63,665 nt of DNA, filler included, from Choristocarpus tenellus KU-1152 (GCA_964200185.2; 8 parts of 8 records of this genome joined end to end with filler, not necessarily neighbours in it), one strand, 5' to 3'; counted from the first letter of the whole stretch, positions 37,766 through 50,875 are shown. Notes: generated by a model from the sequence alone, not told the origin. Numbers and translations: made by a program.

Positions 37766-39619
37766 ACGATAATTTTCAAACCTACTTTTATTCGTGGCCT
37801 GTAAATTGTGGTGGTCCCAATATGAAGGGAGAGATAATACACGTGTCGAATAACCTAGTGTTATCCTTACATTGTCTGTGCTGATACAAGTATATAACAT
37901 AGGTTTTATGTACATTTATCTTTAGTTCGATACAGTACAAAGTAGAGACGTGCATATTTCGGTATGATACAAAGTAGTGACGTGCACAGCGGTACGTTAT
38001 GGTGGGCCAATGGGACATTACAAGTGGTATAATGGGACAATAGCAATGATATAGTAATATTGGACACCCAATGGACAATACCCAGTGCATAATTAATATT
38101 CAGTGTTTGTTTTACCATATAACTCAACTACTAGCTTTCGGCGATGAGCCTTACATGCGCCAAGTTTCTCAACAACAGGGACCTCTTGTTGAAAGTGGCA
38201 TGACCAAAATGTCCAGCATGTATATGGGAAGGGCCCTAATTTGTTGTCCGTATGACCACAAACCGGGTTCTCACCTCCTTTGGTATGTTATGCCTGTCCA
38301 CATTAAGGCATGTTTGCCCAATGTTATCGTAAACATACCCCATATAACAAAAAATCGTAAAATCGAGGATGATTTTAGTGCCAAGCCAAAATGGCATACC
38401 TTATGGAAGTATGCCTTCAAATGGTACTACTACTCCAAAGTACTACTATATTGTGATCAACGATTCTACTCTGTCGTTTATTATTATTATTAGTATGTAG
38501 TATTATAGTATGCCCCCTTACATTTTGGAGATGTGTATGTGAGGAAAGGGATGGGATGGTAAGACCAGCTTTTAGTACAACTATTGGATCATCAGAAGTC
38601 CTTGTAGTTTATTTTTGCATCTTTGATTTGTCTTTTTCCTCCCCTCACAAATCTAGAAAACAAGGCATTGGGCAAAATAAGATACAGTTTGCTAATATTG
38701 AGGCATATGGGCTAGATGACAACCAACAAATAATCCATCATTTGTGCTAGCGCCACTTTCCAGGTCTAGGATCGCCCATCCCACCATCCTTTCACCAGGA
38801 GTCTCTTCAGAGGGCTTGGCGGGAAGTTGGTCAAGGCTGGGTAGACTGGACAGGAGAAACACCCCCCGCTACTGCCTTGGAGGTTTACACTCTGTTGAGA
38901 ATTTGACAGCTATTTGCGTCAGTATGGATAAGAGAAAAGAGAAAGGAGTCTCACACGATACCCCTTTCCTGAACGTGATGAGATAATTAAAAAGAGAGGA
39001 GTAATACTATTATACGTGGTTGGGCTTGGTTTAGCATCTATTGCTTCCAGAAGGAAACACTAAAACTGAACACTTAAAAAGCTTCTAGAAAACTCCATCA
39101 TGATCTATAAAAACGTCTCGAACATGAGCACATCAAAACCCAGAATTGATGCTCTATAAAGATCCCCCGCAAAGACATAAACCATGAACCCGATTGCTTT
39201 CGGTTGTTCGTAGAAAGTGCTGCTGATTCACATAGACACCACCGGTGGATTAGATAATAGGATGGAGAGACAATGACATATATATATATATAGTATGTAC
39301 TGACTCATAGTGTTAATTTCTTTTTTGTAATGTTCAAGTACACTTCCTATACTTAAGACAACTAAATAAGTGATTCATAGTAAATTAGTGTGGGCGATTA
39401 CAAACCCCACACTGTAGAAATAATAATAGTAGTTTAGGCTAGTCTCATCCACATGTTCAGTCAGCGGAATCGAGACCACAAGCCCCTTGTAATATTAACT
39501 TTACTAATCTACACCAAGCTGTTCTTTGTCCTTCATTAAAGTACCATAAAAGCCGCGGGTCCAGTGGGGGATAGTTCAACATCGGTTACATATTACTGTA
39601 TAATTCATACCAGTTCTTT

Positions 39620-40440
39620 ATGCCAGGATCATGAGGAGGGGACGGCATGAAATCACTCGCCTTTCGAACAGTATTCGATTTGAGTCCTTTTGAACGCAAC
39701 TAGCCAATGTACGGATGATGCATAGGAACAAGGCAGATATCGAAACCAGTGTGGGCAAGGGGCCAACGCATGGGACTCTACACAACACTAAGAACCAGCA
39801 CGCCATACATCTCCTGTGGAGTTTAGACTTGCCGCCAGCAGATCTTTCGGGAGGCAGCCTTATCCGACAGGTACTCGGTGGGCAGGTGCAGGAGGCTCAA
39901 TATCGAAACCCGACATGTCCACATCTGCCCTAGGGCAGGAGTACAAGTACGGCAGCACGTGCCTATGGCGAACACCTAGGCCATCTCTGCAGGGGAATGA
40001 ACATCCCTTGAACTATGGAGGATGGAAGCACGCTTATAGTGAACCAAACTTCCGCATGGATGTAGTGCTGCATGCCGGGGCACTCCCCGACACTGGCTCA
40101 GCCCCCTATCAGGACAAAAACCCCTCCTTCTGGATGTTGCTTTTCACTTATAATATTCATCCAACTGCGATGGTGTAGCTGCTGTGGTTACTGTGACACA
40201 AAAGTGCACCCTCTGTGAGGGATCTTTTTACCTTCGTAACTGTAATGTCGGCACCTTTGCAGTGAAAGGTTTTTGGCATTTTGGTAAGCAAGCAGCGAGT
40301 TTTTTTGATGACTTTGCAACCCATGTAGCAGAGGAAAGAGGGAGTGAGATTATCATACGTAAGGGGCTAGCAAATCTTGTTTGAGACAGATACTATTCGT
40401 TTATCCATAAACGGCACTCTTCATACGTATCGTGCTTTTC
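39620..40440 (+). mobile_element. Degenerate non-LTR retrotransposon 3' region (restriction-like endonuclease type, CRE/R2-like)
   Basis: Fragments TCPH..., FRMDVVLHAGAL and GTFAVKGFWHFGKQAASFFDDFATHV resemble the REL-domain RxD and P(F)AVExxGxxG motifs. Frameshifted. Confidence 0.5.
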
Positions 40441-40869
40441 AACCTAGAGACACCGGGCAGGTGGGCTTGAAGAGACTTGACAGGTTCTTGCGGTGATTAC
40501 CTAGTTCCTCGCCCACCTTCGTGATACTAAGCTAGGTTAGAAGCATAGCAGCATTACATTACAGTGAACAACATTTGAATGGAACATTCCAATATTGCTA
40601 GTTTAAAATGGTCAAACATATTTTAGTGTCTTGGCATTGGCAAATGCTTTTATAGATTTTCAGTACCTTGTAATATTGTATTTCGTTTTCCCTGACATAA
40701 CTACAATATATCAGAGGGCATAATAATATCTGTCTGTTATGGACAGTCGAACAGAGATTTGAAATACCGTCACGACCCATACAAAAGAGTACAATTTACG
40801 GTGAATGGGTAGTAGGTCTACAGCAGTTATGCCATTCGACATTTGCAGATATGTGTCAAGAGAGGGGAG

Positions 40870-42435
40870 AAAGATCAAAATCCAGGGAAGCACATCATAA
40901 ATATAGTTCCTATAATGTATCGTCGCAATGGATCCAGATTTGCAAGGTGCAATTTCTTAATTTGGAATTTTGATTAAATCCAAAACACGTCGCAAGAAAA
41001 GCAATTCCTGAGCCACACTGCTAAGGGCTACATATTCACTCTCCGTTGAGGACAGAACTACAACCTTTCGATCTTTGACACACAAGATATTGCTCCTCCA
41101 GCAAATATTACGACTCCTCCAGTCACTGACCTACGATCATTACAATCTCCAACATAACTAGCATCAGCATATGCGCTCAACTCATTTTCAGTATCAAAAC
41201 CACTGAAAATCAATCCAAAACTTGGAAACATATTCGAATATGTTAAAATACACTTAACTGCACGCCAATGTGCAGCTTCAGGATTTCTACTGTACTTGGC
41301 AATCTCACCAACCTGCATTGGTAATATCTAGCCTGGTCATGACAACTGCCCAGATCAAACAACACTTGGATGATCCTCATACTTGCCTAAAGTTTTTGAG
41401 AGATCATGGGGTACCACCCTCTTCTTTGCCTCATCCATACTAAATATTTTATTGAGAAATTTCTCATTGATCCTGAAGCGAACCTGAATCAAAACATCAG
41501 GTATTCCTGCCACCATAAGATCGTCAACATGAGGAGCAATTACAACACAAATAATACCATTTCTTACATCGCGTTATCACACATGGATCTTCTCTGCATT
41601 GCACAAAACCACATTGTTCCAAAACATGCACCAACACATGATTAAACTCCCTGCTAGCCTGTTTGGTGCCATAAAGAGCTTTCACTAAGCGCACAATCTT
41701 TACTGATCATAAACACATCCATCACATGAATTTACAAAATATGTTCTTTGATTTCTGCTCTAACAAAATTCTGCTTCATTTCCTAGTGCATTAAGCCTTG
41801 TTCGTAGCTAGTGCCAATCCCATTATTAAAAACGTACTGGCCACATCGTCAGGACAAAGGTGTCACACAGTAATCTAAATCCTTCATCTCATGAAAATCC
41901 TGTTGCTACTAGACATGCCTTGTATCTCACTACCTTACCAAATTTATTGAAATATTGCTAGTGAATCTATTTGGAGAAAATTGCCCTGCGTCCAGGGAGT
42001 AACACGGCCTCCACCCTACTTCCATTCAAACAACAAACCGGACATCTGTTCTGCTCTAGGCCGATCCTATAAGTCATGTTCAGGAGAACTATGTGCTGCT
42101 TATTACAGTCTTGGGTTCTGGAGGGAATTCATCCGGCTAATAGACTCATCACTCACACAAATTACAAGGGTAGTCTCAATGAAAAACAAACATATCAAAC
42201 AATGCAACTCTTGTAAAATAAAAAAGCAAATAAATCAAAAGGAGTTTGCACGGCTACCAGGTGAAGCGCTCCAGAATGGTGATATCCAGCGTCTAGTCTT
42301 CACTCCCTGAACTCTCACCAATCCAGGAAAAATTCTCACATCATCATCTTGTACCTCTATCCAAACATTAGATGTCAATCTCATATTCCCCTTGCACTCT
42401 CGATCAGTTCAGGAGATACCATTCTCCTGAACACT
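40870..42435 (-). mobile_element. Degenerate Ty1/Copia pol (RT + RNase H)
   Basis: LVKALYGTKQASREFN; HWRAVKCILTY; LSAYADASYVGDCNDRRSVTGGVVIFAGGAIS; VVLSSTESEYVALS. Confidence 0.93.
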
Positions 42436-42563
42436 NNNNNNNNNNNNNNNNNNNNNNNNNNNNNNNNNNNNNNNNNNNNTTAATTAATTAANNNNNNNNN
42501 NNNNNNNNNNNNNNNNNNNNNNNNNNNNNNNNNNNATTCACATCCACACAACAAACGCAATGT

Positions 42564-42821
42564 GAGTGAAAGTATCTTAGAGGGTACAAGTTTTGCCCTG
42601 TTTGTCCATTTGGGGCTTGGATCCCACAGGGTTTTTTATGACACTTTCCTACTCCAAAACGTTTAGGAGTAGGTAAAATGTATACGTTATGAAAAGGTGT
42701 GTCAGAAACATGGATATTGACACTTCCTAAGAAACACGATAGCCAAAATTACATCAAAATCACAACATTGGATTTTGACCCTCAAATGGACGCCGCTCTA
42801 CCCTCTAAGAAAATTTATTTC
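42564..42821 (-). mobile_element. MITE family A copy 5 inserted in the LRR array intron
   Basis: TIRs present. TSD TGT is confirmed by the empty paralogous site CAATGTCAC at ~43469. Confidence 0.93.
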
Positions 42822-42994
42822 TGTCACATGCATCACATACCAGTCAGTATCATCGAAATATCTTCTTCCATGGAACATCAAATCAGACATTTGAACAATA
42901 CAGCTACAAATCACACAAAAAATGGATTACATCACATGCTTACAAACGACATTGTGAAATCATCAGCCTTCCATGTGCAAACGAGCAAACATAC

Positions 42995-43068
42995 CACTTA
43001 GTTTTTTTTGTTGTGGAGATCGAGAACAAAGATGTTGGAGAGTTCAACTAGAGATGATGGTATGTCTC
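42995..43068 (-). pseudogene. LRR exon (74 nt, +2 frameshift in a poly-A run)
   Basis: CAG|GDIPSSLVELSNIFVLDLHN(KK)..|GTATGT. Eight Ts replace the 6 nt of sister exons; this may be a homopolymer error. Confidence 0.75.
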
Positions 43069-43644
43069 CTGTTTGGGAAGAAATCCAATTCACACACAGT
43101 CCACACACAGGAAGCATGGTCAGTCTACATTCAACCACATAATCGTACATAATATGAACAAGAACAACGTACATCACTAACAATTAACAACAAACCACCT
43201 ACACCACTTCACATCAATGCACGTCACCTGTGTGAAACATTGATAGTTTATAGAAACAGAAGATATACAACGACCAACGATGTACTGTTCCAGGTATAGG
43301 ACTCATATTCTCTCTTGTAGTCCTTATCATCAAACATGTATCCCATCACTACACATTCTATTCAGCTCGCCATTCTACCCTTCATAACAACGTACACAAC
43401 ATAAACAAAATATACTAGACAGCGCTACATACCTTAACAACTCACCATTGACATCCACACAACAAACACAATGTCACACGTGTTAAAGACCAGCCAATAT
43501 AATCGAAATGTGTTCTTCTATAGAACATCAACTCACACATTTGAACAGTACAGCTAAGAATCACACAACAAAGAAAGTGCGTCACATGCTTACGAACGGT
43601 AATGCGAAAGCATCAACCACCCATGTACAAACGAGCAAACATAC

Positions 43645-43716
43645 CACTTAGTTCATTGTTGCTGAGATGGAGATTTTCGAGGTTGGAGAGTCCATCTAGA
43701 GATGATGGTACGCCCG
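43645..43716 (-). CDS. 72-nt LRR exon
   Basis: CAG| xGVPSSLDGLSNLENLHLSNNELS(G) |GTATGT, phase 1-1. Confidence 0.9.
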
Positions 43717-44296
43717 CTGTTTGGGAAAAAATACATGTCACACACAGTTCATACATAGGAAGTATGGTTAGCTTTGCATTGAACCTCAGGATCATATAAA
43801 AAACGAAGAACAATGCACATCACTAACAATTCACAACCAGTCACCTACACCCCTTCAAATCAATGCACGTCACCTGTGTGAGAACATACATTAATAGGTG
43901 ATAGAAAAATGATACATTTTACGACCAATATTGTACTGTTCAGGCTATAAGACTCATCTACCCCCTTCTAGTCCTTAACATTAAAACATGTATCTCAACA
44001 GTACACGTCCCATTCGCCAAAACGGTATCTTCGCTCTTCCACACTACACGACAAACACACGCAACATCAAAATATACTAGATAACACTACATACCTCAAT
44101 AACCCACTATTGACAACCACACAACAAACTCGATGTCACATGTACCATGGACCAGTCAACATCATCGGCATGTCTTCTACGGAACATCAAATCATAACAG
44201 TACAGCTACAAGTCACACAACAAATGGAGTACATCACATGCTTACAAATATCAATGTGAAAGCATCAACCTTCCATGTACAAACAAGCAAACACAC

Positions 44297-44368
44297 CACT
44301 CAGTTTATTGTTGCTGAGATCGAGAACAAGGAGGTTGGAGAGTCCACCTAGAGATGATGGTACGTCCC
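44297..44368 (-). CDS. 72-nt LRR exon
   Basis: CAG| GDVPSSLGGLSNLLVLDLSNNKLS(G) |GTGTGT, phase 1-1. Missed by the ORF track. Confidence 0.9.
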
Positions 44369-44963
44369 CTGGTTTGAAAGATTTTCATGTCACACACAGT
44401 TGACACAGAGGAAGTATGGTTAGCTTTGCAGTAAAAAACCATAACCATACAATAATACACAAAATGAACATGAACAACGCGCATCACTAACAATTCACAA
44501 GAAACCGCTTACACCACTTCACATCCATGCACGTCACCTGTGTGTGAACATATATTGATAGTTTACAGAAAAATGAGAAATTAAACGACCAATATAATGT
44601 ACAGTTCAAGCTACACGACATATCTACTCTTCTAGTCCTTAACGTCAAAACATGCATCTCAACAGTGCACACCCAATTCACCAAAAATGTATCTTCGCTC
44701 TTCTATCTACACAATAATAATGCACATCGAAAATACTAGACAGTGCTACATACCTCAACAAACCCACCATTTACGTCCACACAAACACAATGTTACATGT
44801 TTCAGAGACCAGTCAATATAATCGAAATATCTTCTTCTACGGAACATCAAATCACAAATTTGAACAGTACAGCGACAAATTACACAACAAAGGGAGTACG
44901 TCGCATGCTTGCAAACAGTAACATGAAAGCTTCAACTTCCCATGTACAAACAGGCAAACATAC

Positions 44964-45035
44964 CATTTAGTCTATTGTTACTGAAATCGAGATATTCCAG
45001 CTTGGAGAGCCCACCTAGAGATGATAGTATGCCTC
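44964..45035 (-). CDS. 72-nt LRR exon
   Basis: CAG| GGILSSLGGLSKLEYLDFSNNRLN(G) |GTATGT, phase 1-1. Confidence 0.9.
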
Positions 45036-46839
45036 CTGTTCGAGACGAAATACACGTCAAACATAGTTCACACAAAAGAAGTATGGATAGCTTTGCAGTC
45101 AACCACACAATCATATACAAAATGAACAAGAACAATGCACATCACTAACAATTATTCACTAGAAACAACCTACACCGCTTCACATCAATGCAATCACATG
45201 TGGGACCATATAGATTGGAGTACTTTTTAAACAGAAGGAGATTTTTACTCTCTTGTAGTCCTTAATTCCTACCTGCACTGTTTGGAAAGAAATATAAGAC
45301 ACACGATTTTAAAAATGGAAATTAAGGTACACAATATGCTATAATTTTATATCGCGAACTATTCGCAACCAATTTCCTCTACCGATTTTGTTAGATTTGT
45401 ATGGCATGGATGATTATGCATATTAGTAATACACAAAATAAACAGCGACGAAATTTGCAGCAACTGAGTTCAGAAATGCGACCATACTTATCTACTCTCT
45501 TGTGGTACTCAATAACAAAAACATACATCTCAGCGTCAATCAGGTAATTGAGCAAGAAATTTATTTTCTCCACATGACGAGACAAAACACGTCAAAATCC
45601 ACGATTCACTAGACAGCTCTAAATATTTGAACCTAATCTAGATATCAATTCAAGAAATATTATATGACATCTATCACAGACTAGTCAATAACAACGAAAT
45701 GTCTCGCTCCATCAAAATATCGAAGGGTCAGTCAATTGCCATGTATAGGACTGTCACAGAGTCATCATTGTATAAAAAAAGTACCAAATATTTAAATTGG
45801 GTGCAACTTGTCTTGAGTAAGATTCGATTGTGGGATAATATATTTGATTTGGTTTGTACACAAGCAATTAAGACATGAACCTAGTCGCAATTACACATTG
45901 AAAGAGAAGCCTAGTTCATAAATCACATTGGAGCTCAGTCACAGCCTCTACTTTGTATGCATGAAAAATGTGTACACGTCAGTCAGTTGGTTTTAGTTGG
46001 CGAAGGCTTTAGGCGCTGGGGGGAACTTGAAGAGATGCTGTAATCCTTGTTTGAAACAAAATACAGAACTGATGTAGTGTACTGTTGGAAAAATCTAAGG
46101 CCATGAAAAATACAACTTATCACCTTAGTCAAAGTAGACGAGAGCTACTCCGAGTTGCATTTGAAGGGAGCTGACAAAAATGTACATTAATTGGCTTATT
46201 TTACCAATTCGTACAGGTTGTATTCTAAACAGTGTCGAATAGTTTCAGACGATATAGAAAGAACATTCCCAAGCCAACCCTAGAACCCAATCCATAGAAG
46301 CATGGGTGAATTGCGGAAGATTGAAAAACAGACTTCAAATGGAAAATGGCTAAAACCTGAGTACCTCTCGTTACCGTGGTTCTAAAGAGGTCACATGTAA
46401 CCAAGTACGAACACCTATTCCTGTACGCCATAAATGTAAATAAATGCTACAGATTACATGGAAATTATCTGGAAGAAAATGACTTGACTTCTGGAAATAT
46501 AAAGATGCTTGTAGCAGAAGCAATAACGGTCCACCTCTCTTACTTTGTCCACAAGATAGTGTATACCATCAGTCAATAGACTATTAAAAGAAATCTCTGA
46601 AGTGATCCCATCAGAAAAGAAGTTGTATAATATATTTTGAAGTGGATTGTACTGACACCATATCAGGATACCTGCAGTACCAATGAATTCAGATCAGGCA
46701 GAGGTGGGTTGAACTCTGCCCTGATCGGATCTTAGAAGATGTTGGCGCGTGTGCAGCAAGAGGCTTAGCTAATATTTACACTTCACTTACGGTATGAAGC
46801 ATTGTCAAAGCTCGATGCATATATTTCAACACGGGCAAA

Positions 46840-47020
46840 GACCTAGAGTATCTGTGTGTGTGGGGGGGGGGCTACACCAGGGTGTCCATTTGGACCAAAT
46901 TCAGGAAAGGTGCATTTACATTATCCATCGGACGTATGCAACCGAATCAACCAAAAATTGCGACATAAAGAAATTGACCCCAAATGGACAGCCGCCACCC
47001 CCCCCCAGATACATTGAGCC
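46840..47020 (-). mobile_element. MITE family B copy 3 (complete)
   Basis: GACCTAGAGTATCTG ... CAGATACATTGAGCC; TSD AAA. Confidence 0.9.
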
Positions 47021-47219
47021 AAATTTATATTCAATGGAATCCTCCCAAGATTCAGATGATGATACAGAGCCAAACCAATTGAGGGGTAGGCAGGTTTGGA
47101 CCCGTTTGCGTTCTAAATATTATATCCTACTCTATGCAATTCACTACTTCTTTGTTCTTTGTGCACAATAGTGTACGCGATCTACGTGTTACCCCTTTAC
47201 ACTCATTATATATGATTGT

Positions 47220-47478
47220 AAGCCAAAGTATCTTCGAGGGTAGAGCAGTGTCCATTTGGGGGTCAAATTCCAATGTTGTGATTTTGATGTAATTTTGACT
47301 ATCATGTTTGTTAGTAAGTGTCAATATCCTTGTTCCAGACACACCTTTTCATAACATGTACATTATACCTACTCCTAAACATTTTGGAGTAGGAAAATGT
47401 CATTAAAAAAAACGTGCGAAGCCAAGCACTAAAGGGACAAACAGGGCAAAACTCGTACCCTCTAAGATACTTTCACTC
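47220..47478 (+). mobile_element. MITE family A copy 6
   Basis: AAGCCAAAGTATCTTCGAGGGTA ... TACCCTCTAAGATACTTTCACTC; TSD TGT. Confidence 0.92.
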
Positions 47479-47872
47479 TGTACTTTCTCAAGATCCTTCA
47501 AATTCAAGCCTGTCTACCTCACTTGGTTTCACTGACAGCTAAGAAATACACAATAAAGCACACGATGTATCGATAGTTTTCGTATAATCAGGGAATACAT
47601 TCAGTTTTCAACCCGAAAAAATTGTAACACAGTTCACAGATAGTGCAATTCGATCATTCGGAAGGAGTACAAGTACCATCCAAACCCTAGATCAAGCAAT
47701 GACAGCTACGGACTCTGCTTGAGGAATCCAAAGTACATGTTAGCAAATTCTTCAATACCTCATAGAGCAAAGTTTTACACGGGGGAATAGATATAGACGT
47801 GCTGCTGGAAATGGGGCATATGACAAAGCCTATTGCACTACTGTACCTCCACAAATTAATCAAGTTGTACGA

Positions 47873-47942
47873 GGCTCAAAGTATCTGGGGGAGGGTGGCG
47901 AATGTCCATTTGGGGTCAATTTTTTCATGTCGCGATTTTTGG
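47873..47942 (+). mobile_element. MITE family B partial (contig end)
   Basis: GGCTCAAAGTATCTGGGGGAGGGTGGCG... Confidence 0.85.
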
Positions 47943-48100
47943 NNNNNNNNNNNNNNNNNNNNNNNNNNNNNNNNNNNNNNNNNNNNTTAATTAATTAANN
48001 NNNNNNNNNNNNNNNNNNNNNNNNNNNNNNNNNNNNNNNNNNAAAAAAAAAAAAAAGAAAAAAACAAAAGTAAGTAGGGCAAAAACAATAAGGACCGCGA

Positions 48101-48256
48101 AGGGGGGGGGGGGGGGGGGGGGGGGGGGGTCTACTCCAGGGTGTCCATTTACATTTGAAAAATCAACCAAAAATCGCAACATCGAAAAATGGGCCCCAAA
48201 TGGACAGCTGCCACCCACCCCCCAAGATACTTATCACCCCCAAGATACTTTGAGCC
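48101..48256 (-). mobile_element. MITE family B partial with internal deletion and duplicated TIR segment
   Basis: Ends CAAGATACTTTGAGCC; CACCCC(CC)AAGATACTT is duplicated. Confidence 0.85.
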
Positions 48257-48425
48257 TAATATATATGTTCCACAGACTGTGCAAGGAAACAAGGCAACAA
48301 CACCAACTGATTATTAAATAATAAAAAAAAAATGTTTGGGACCCCTCTCTCCTGAAAAAAAAGAAGAGAAAACTCTAATGAAAAGCAAAAAAAAAAATTA
48401 CATATACATGTAGTATGTTCCTCAC

Positions 48426-49772
48426 TTTCCGTGCTTGATGACCTCTTCCCTTGTGACGCTGAGGCTCTTCATCTGCCTTTCCCAGATCTCATTGCAGTTC
48501 CTTTTTTTAAAGAAAACAAAAAACAATTGAAAATAAAAAAAACAAAAAATCAGTACAGTTTTACCTTGTTTCCTCATTTTAAGTAAAATATATATATATA
48601 TATGTATGTATATGTGTATGTATATGTATATGTATGTATTAACCATTTCTTTGTGTAGTATGGACCCTATAATACTAAACCTGGCTCCTCCCAATCTGAC
48701 GATTCTAAAGACAAAAAATAATATAATAATAGTAGAGATTTCAAAAATAATTTTAAAAAATGACACAAAAAATATAAACTCTCATTTTTTTCTTAATTCT
48801 TCAAACGCAGAGGAATAATGCAGTAAGGATTCAACACAATTTTCGATCAATGGTAAAAAATAAAAATAAAAAGTCTAGTCGATTCATTTTTTCTCTACTC
48901 CAGAAAATAAAAAAAAGAATGGGGATATATATAGAGGCATGGGTTTTGGCAAACATTGGTAGGTTCCTACAGCGAAAATTGAACCATCCTTTCTCTGCAC
49001 AGACCATCATCTGGAATTTTTTTGAAATCATAAAAAATTTAAAGAGCATACAGAGTTCCTGAAAAAAAAAGTTACGGAGACAAAAACGTCCATTTTTTCT
49101 TTTTTAAAAACTATTTTTTTTTCAAAATTCGAGAAAAAAATTAAAAAATCGATTTAAAAAAAAAAAGTTGCACATGGAAGGTTGAATAATAAATAGCAAT
49201 AACCTGCCAAAATAATAATAATAATAATAATAATGATAATATGTAGCTCACTTTCTGTAGTCATCCTTCTCTGCAGTGGAGTTAGGTCTGGTCTTCCGAA
49301 CATACCGCTGGAAGTACCCTGCATCTTGCACACCTTCATTCACCTGTAAAAAATAAATAAATCAAACACGCACAAAATAGTAATAATACACATAACAATA
49401 ACACACACAATAACAGACTCAATAACACACACAATAACACACGCATAGCTAAACAGCATAGACTAGACATCTTCACACGCAGTCGTTTCAAAAATACATA
49501 TCAAAATGTGCACATTTCTATTCCATTAATATAATTCATTAATATAATTCACTAATACACACAACACACAACGCACAACACACACTACAAGAAACACAAT
49601 AGCACACCACAACACACACAACATAAAAAAAAAAGCAAACTAAGCTCTCACCGCAATACCAGACATCTCCTTGATCATATGTACACGATCCCATCTCCTA
49701 AGGTCCTTGATGCTATCCTCATCAACCCCCAGATTCTTCAGAGTGGTTGCCAGTTGAATCATCGTCAAACGC
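48426..49772 (-). CDS. TAF1: TFIID subunit 1 (TAF1), internal exons 49652-49772, 49252-49343, 48426-48500
   Basis: In-phase join RLTMIQLATTLKNLGVDEDSIKDLRRWDRVHMIKEMSGIA|VNEGVQDAGYFQRYVRKTRPNSTAEKDDYRK|NCNEIWERQMKSLS. This matches the conserved TAF1 segment DLRRLS...FGVPEEEIKKLSRW...ECQRIFDLQ. Confidence 0.85.
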
Positions 49773-49886
49773 CTGCCACACAGTACCAAAAAATACCAAA
49801 AAATACCAAAAAATAGGGAGAGATGTCACAAAAAGGAGGGGTCAGATTCGAGCGAGGTTGGGGCAAAGGTATCATATATAGCGGGT

Positions 49887-49919
<33 letters not shown>

Positions 49920-50189
49920 TTATTTATTTTTCTCTTTTTTCTCTTTTATTTATTTTCTCCTTTGAGTTTTTTTTTTCATAGTACTTGTATTACTAAAGCA
50001 GTATATATATTGCCCTTTTCTTGGACTGCCTTTTTGACCATGAGTCTGAAGATCCCTCCTCAGATTAGTGTGAACAAATATATCAGTATGTTAATAGTAA
50101 AAATATATCAATAAATTAATAATAAAAATATATCAATATGTTGATAATAAAAAATATCAATAGAAATACACGGGAGAAAAGGGTAAGGC

Positions 50190-50875
50190 CAAACCCTAAC
50201 CCTAGAATTTGTCAGATCAGCGCACACGCCACCCAATCACTACCAACACCACTCCACAGTAACAACCATACGACTAGAATGTACAACCCTAACCCTAACC
50301 CTAACCCACAATTGCCAAGAATAAAAGAAAATCAAATCCAAGAATAACTGGTCAGTAGTCCCTGCTGAAATAAATACTGAAATAAATGCTGAAATAAACA
50401 CTTAAATAAACACTGAAATAAACACTCCATCATGACAAGTTCAACCTAGATGCAAAAGGGGACAAGAGAGGTATGTATGAGGTATGTATGACAAGTGTCA
50501 GGGTTAGGGTTAGGGTTGGGACTACCCTTTCTGAAAACGAAATGTACATCATCACCATAAAAATATAAAGGGTTAGGGTTAGTGTATAAAAACAAAACCC
50601 CCCAATAAACCAACACCACACGTGTATAACCCTAACCTTACAAATCAAGAAACCACTACAAAAAACAAAAATCACACTTGTACACATACACGCGCACTTG
50701 TAACGACCAAAATAACCAACTGACAGCAAAAAACATCGTAACACTTAGGGTACATCATTAGGGTTAGGGTTAGGGTTAGGGTTAGGGTTGGGTACGTATG
50801 GTTACATAATATAGAAACATAAAATTCCAACAATGGAATAAGCCTCTGAGCCAAATTATCTTAGGGTTAGGGGGT
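50190..50875. repeat. Cluster of short interstitial (TTAGGG)n/(CCCTAA)n tracts in both orientations
   Basis: Examples at 50285-50308, 50500-50520, 50568-50582 and 50758-50792. Confidence 0.85.

Larger units (their letters stand above)
42536..45265 (-). repeat. Tandem array of ~650-670 bp LRR-exon/intron units (4 exons seen; array runs off the contig edge)
   Basis: Exon 3' ends at 42995, 43645, 44297 and 44964 (periods 650, 652, 667). Intron sequence is alignable along the whole unit. Confidence 0.95.

Noticed and set aside
47873-48256. Apparent large inverted repeat formed by two family B copies
   Set aside because: The copies lie on different contigs separated by the spacer.
50758-50792. 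True chromosome telomere
   Set aside because: The tracts are short, internal and present in both orientations.
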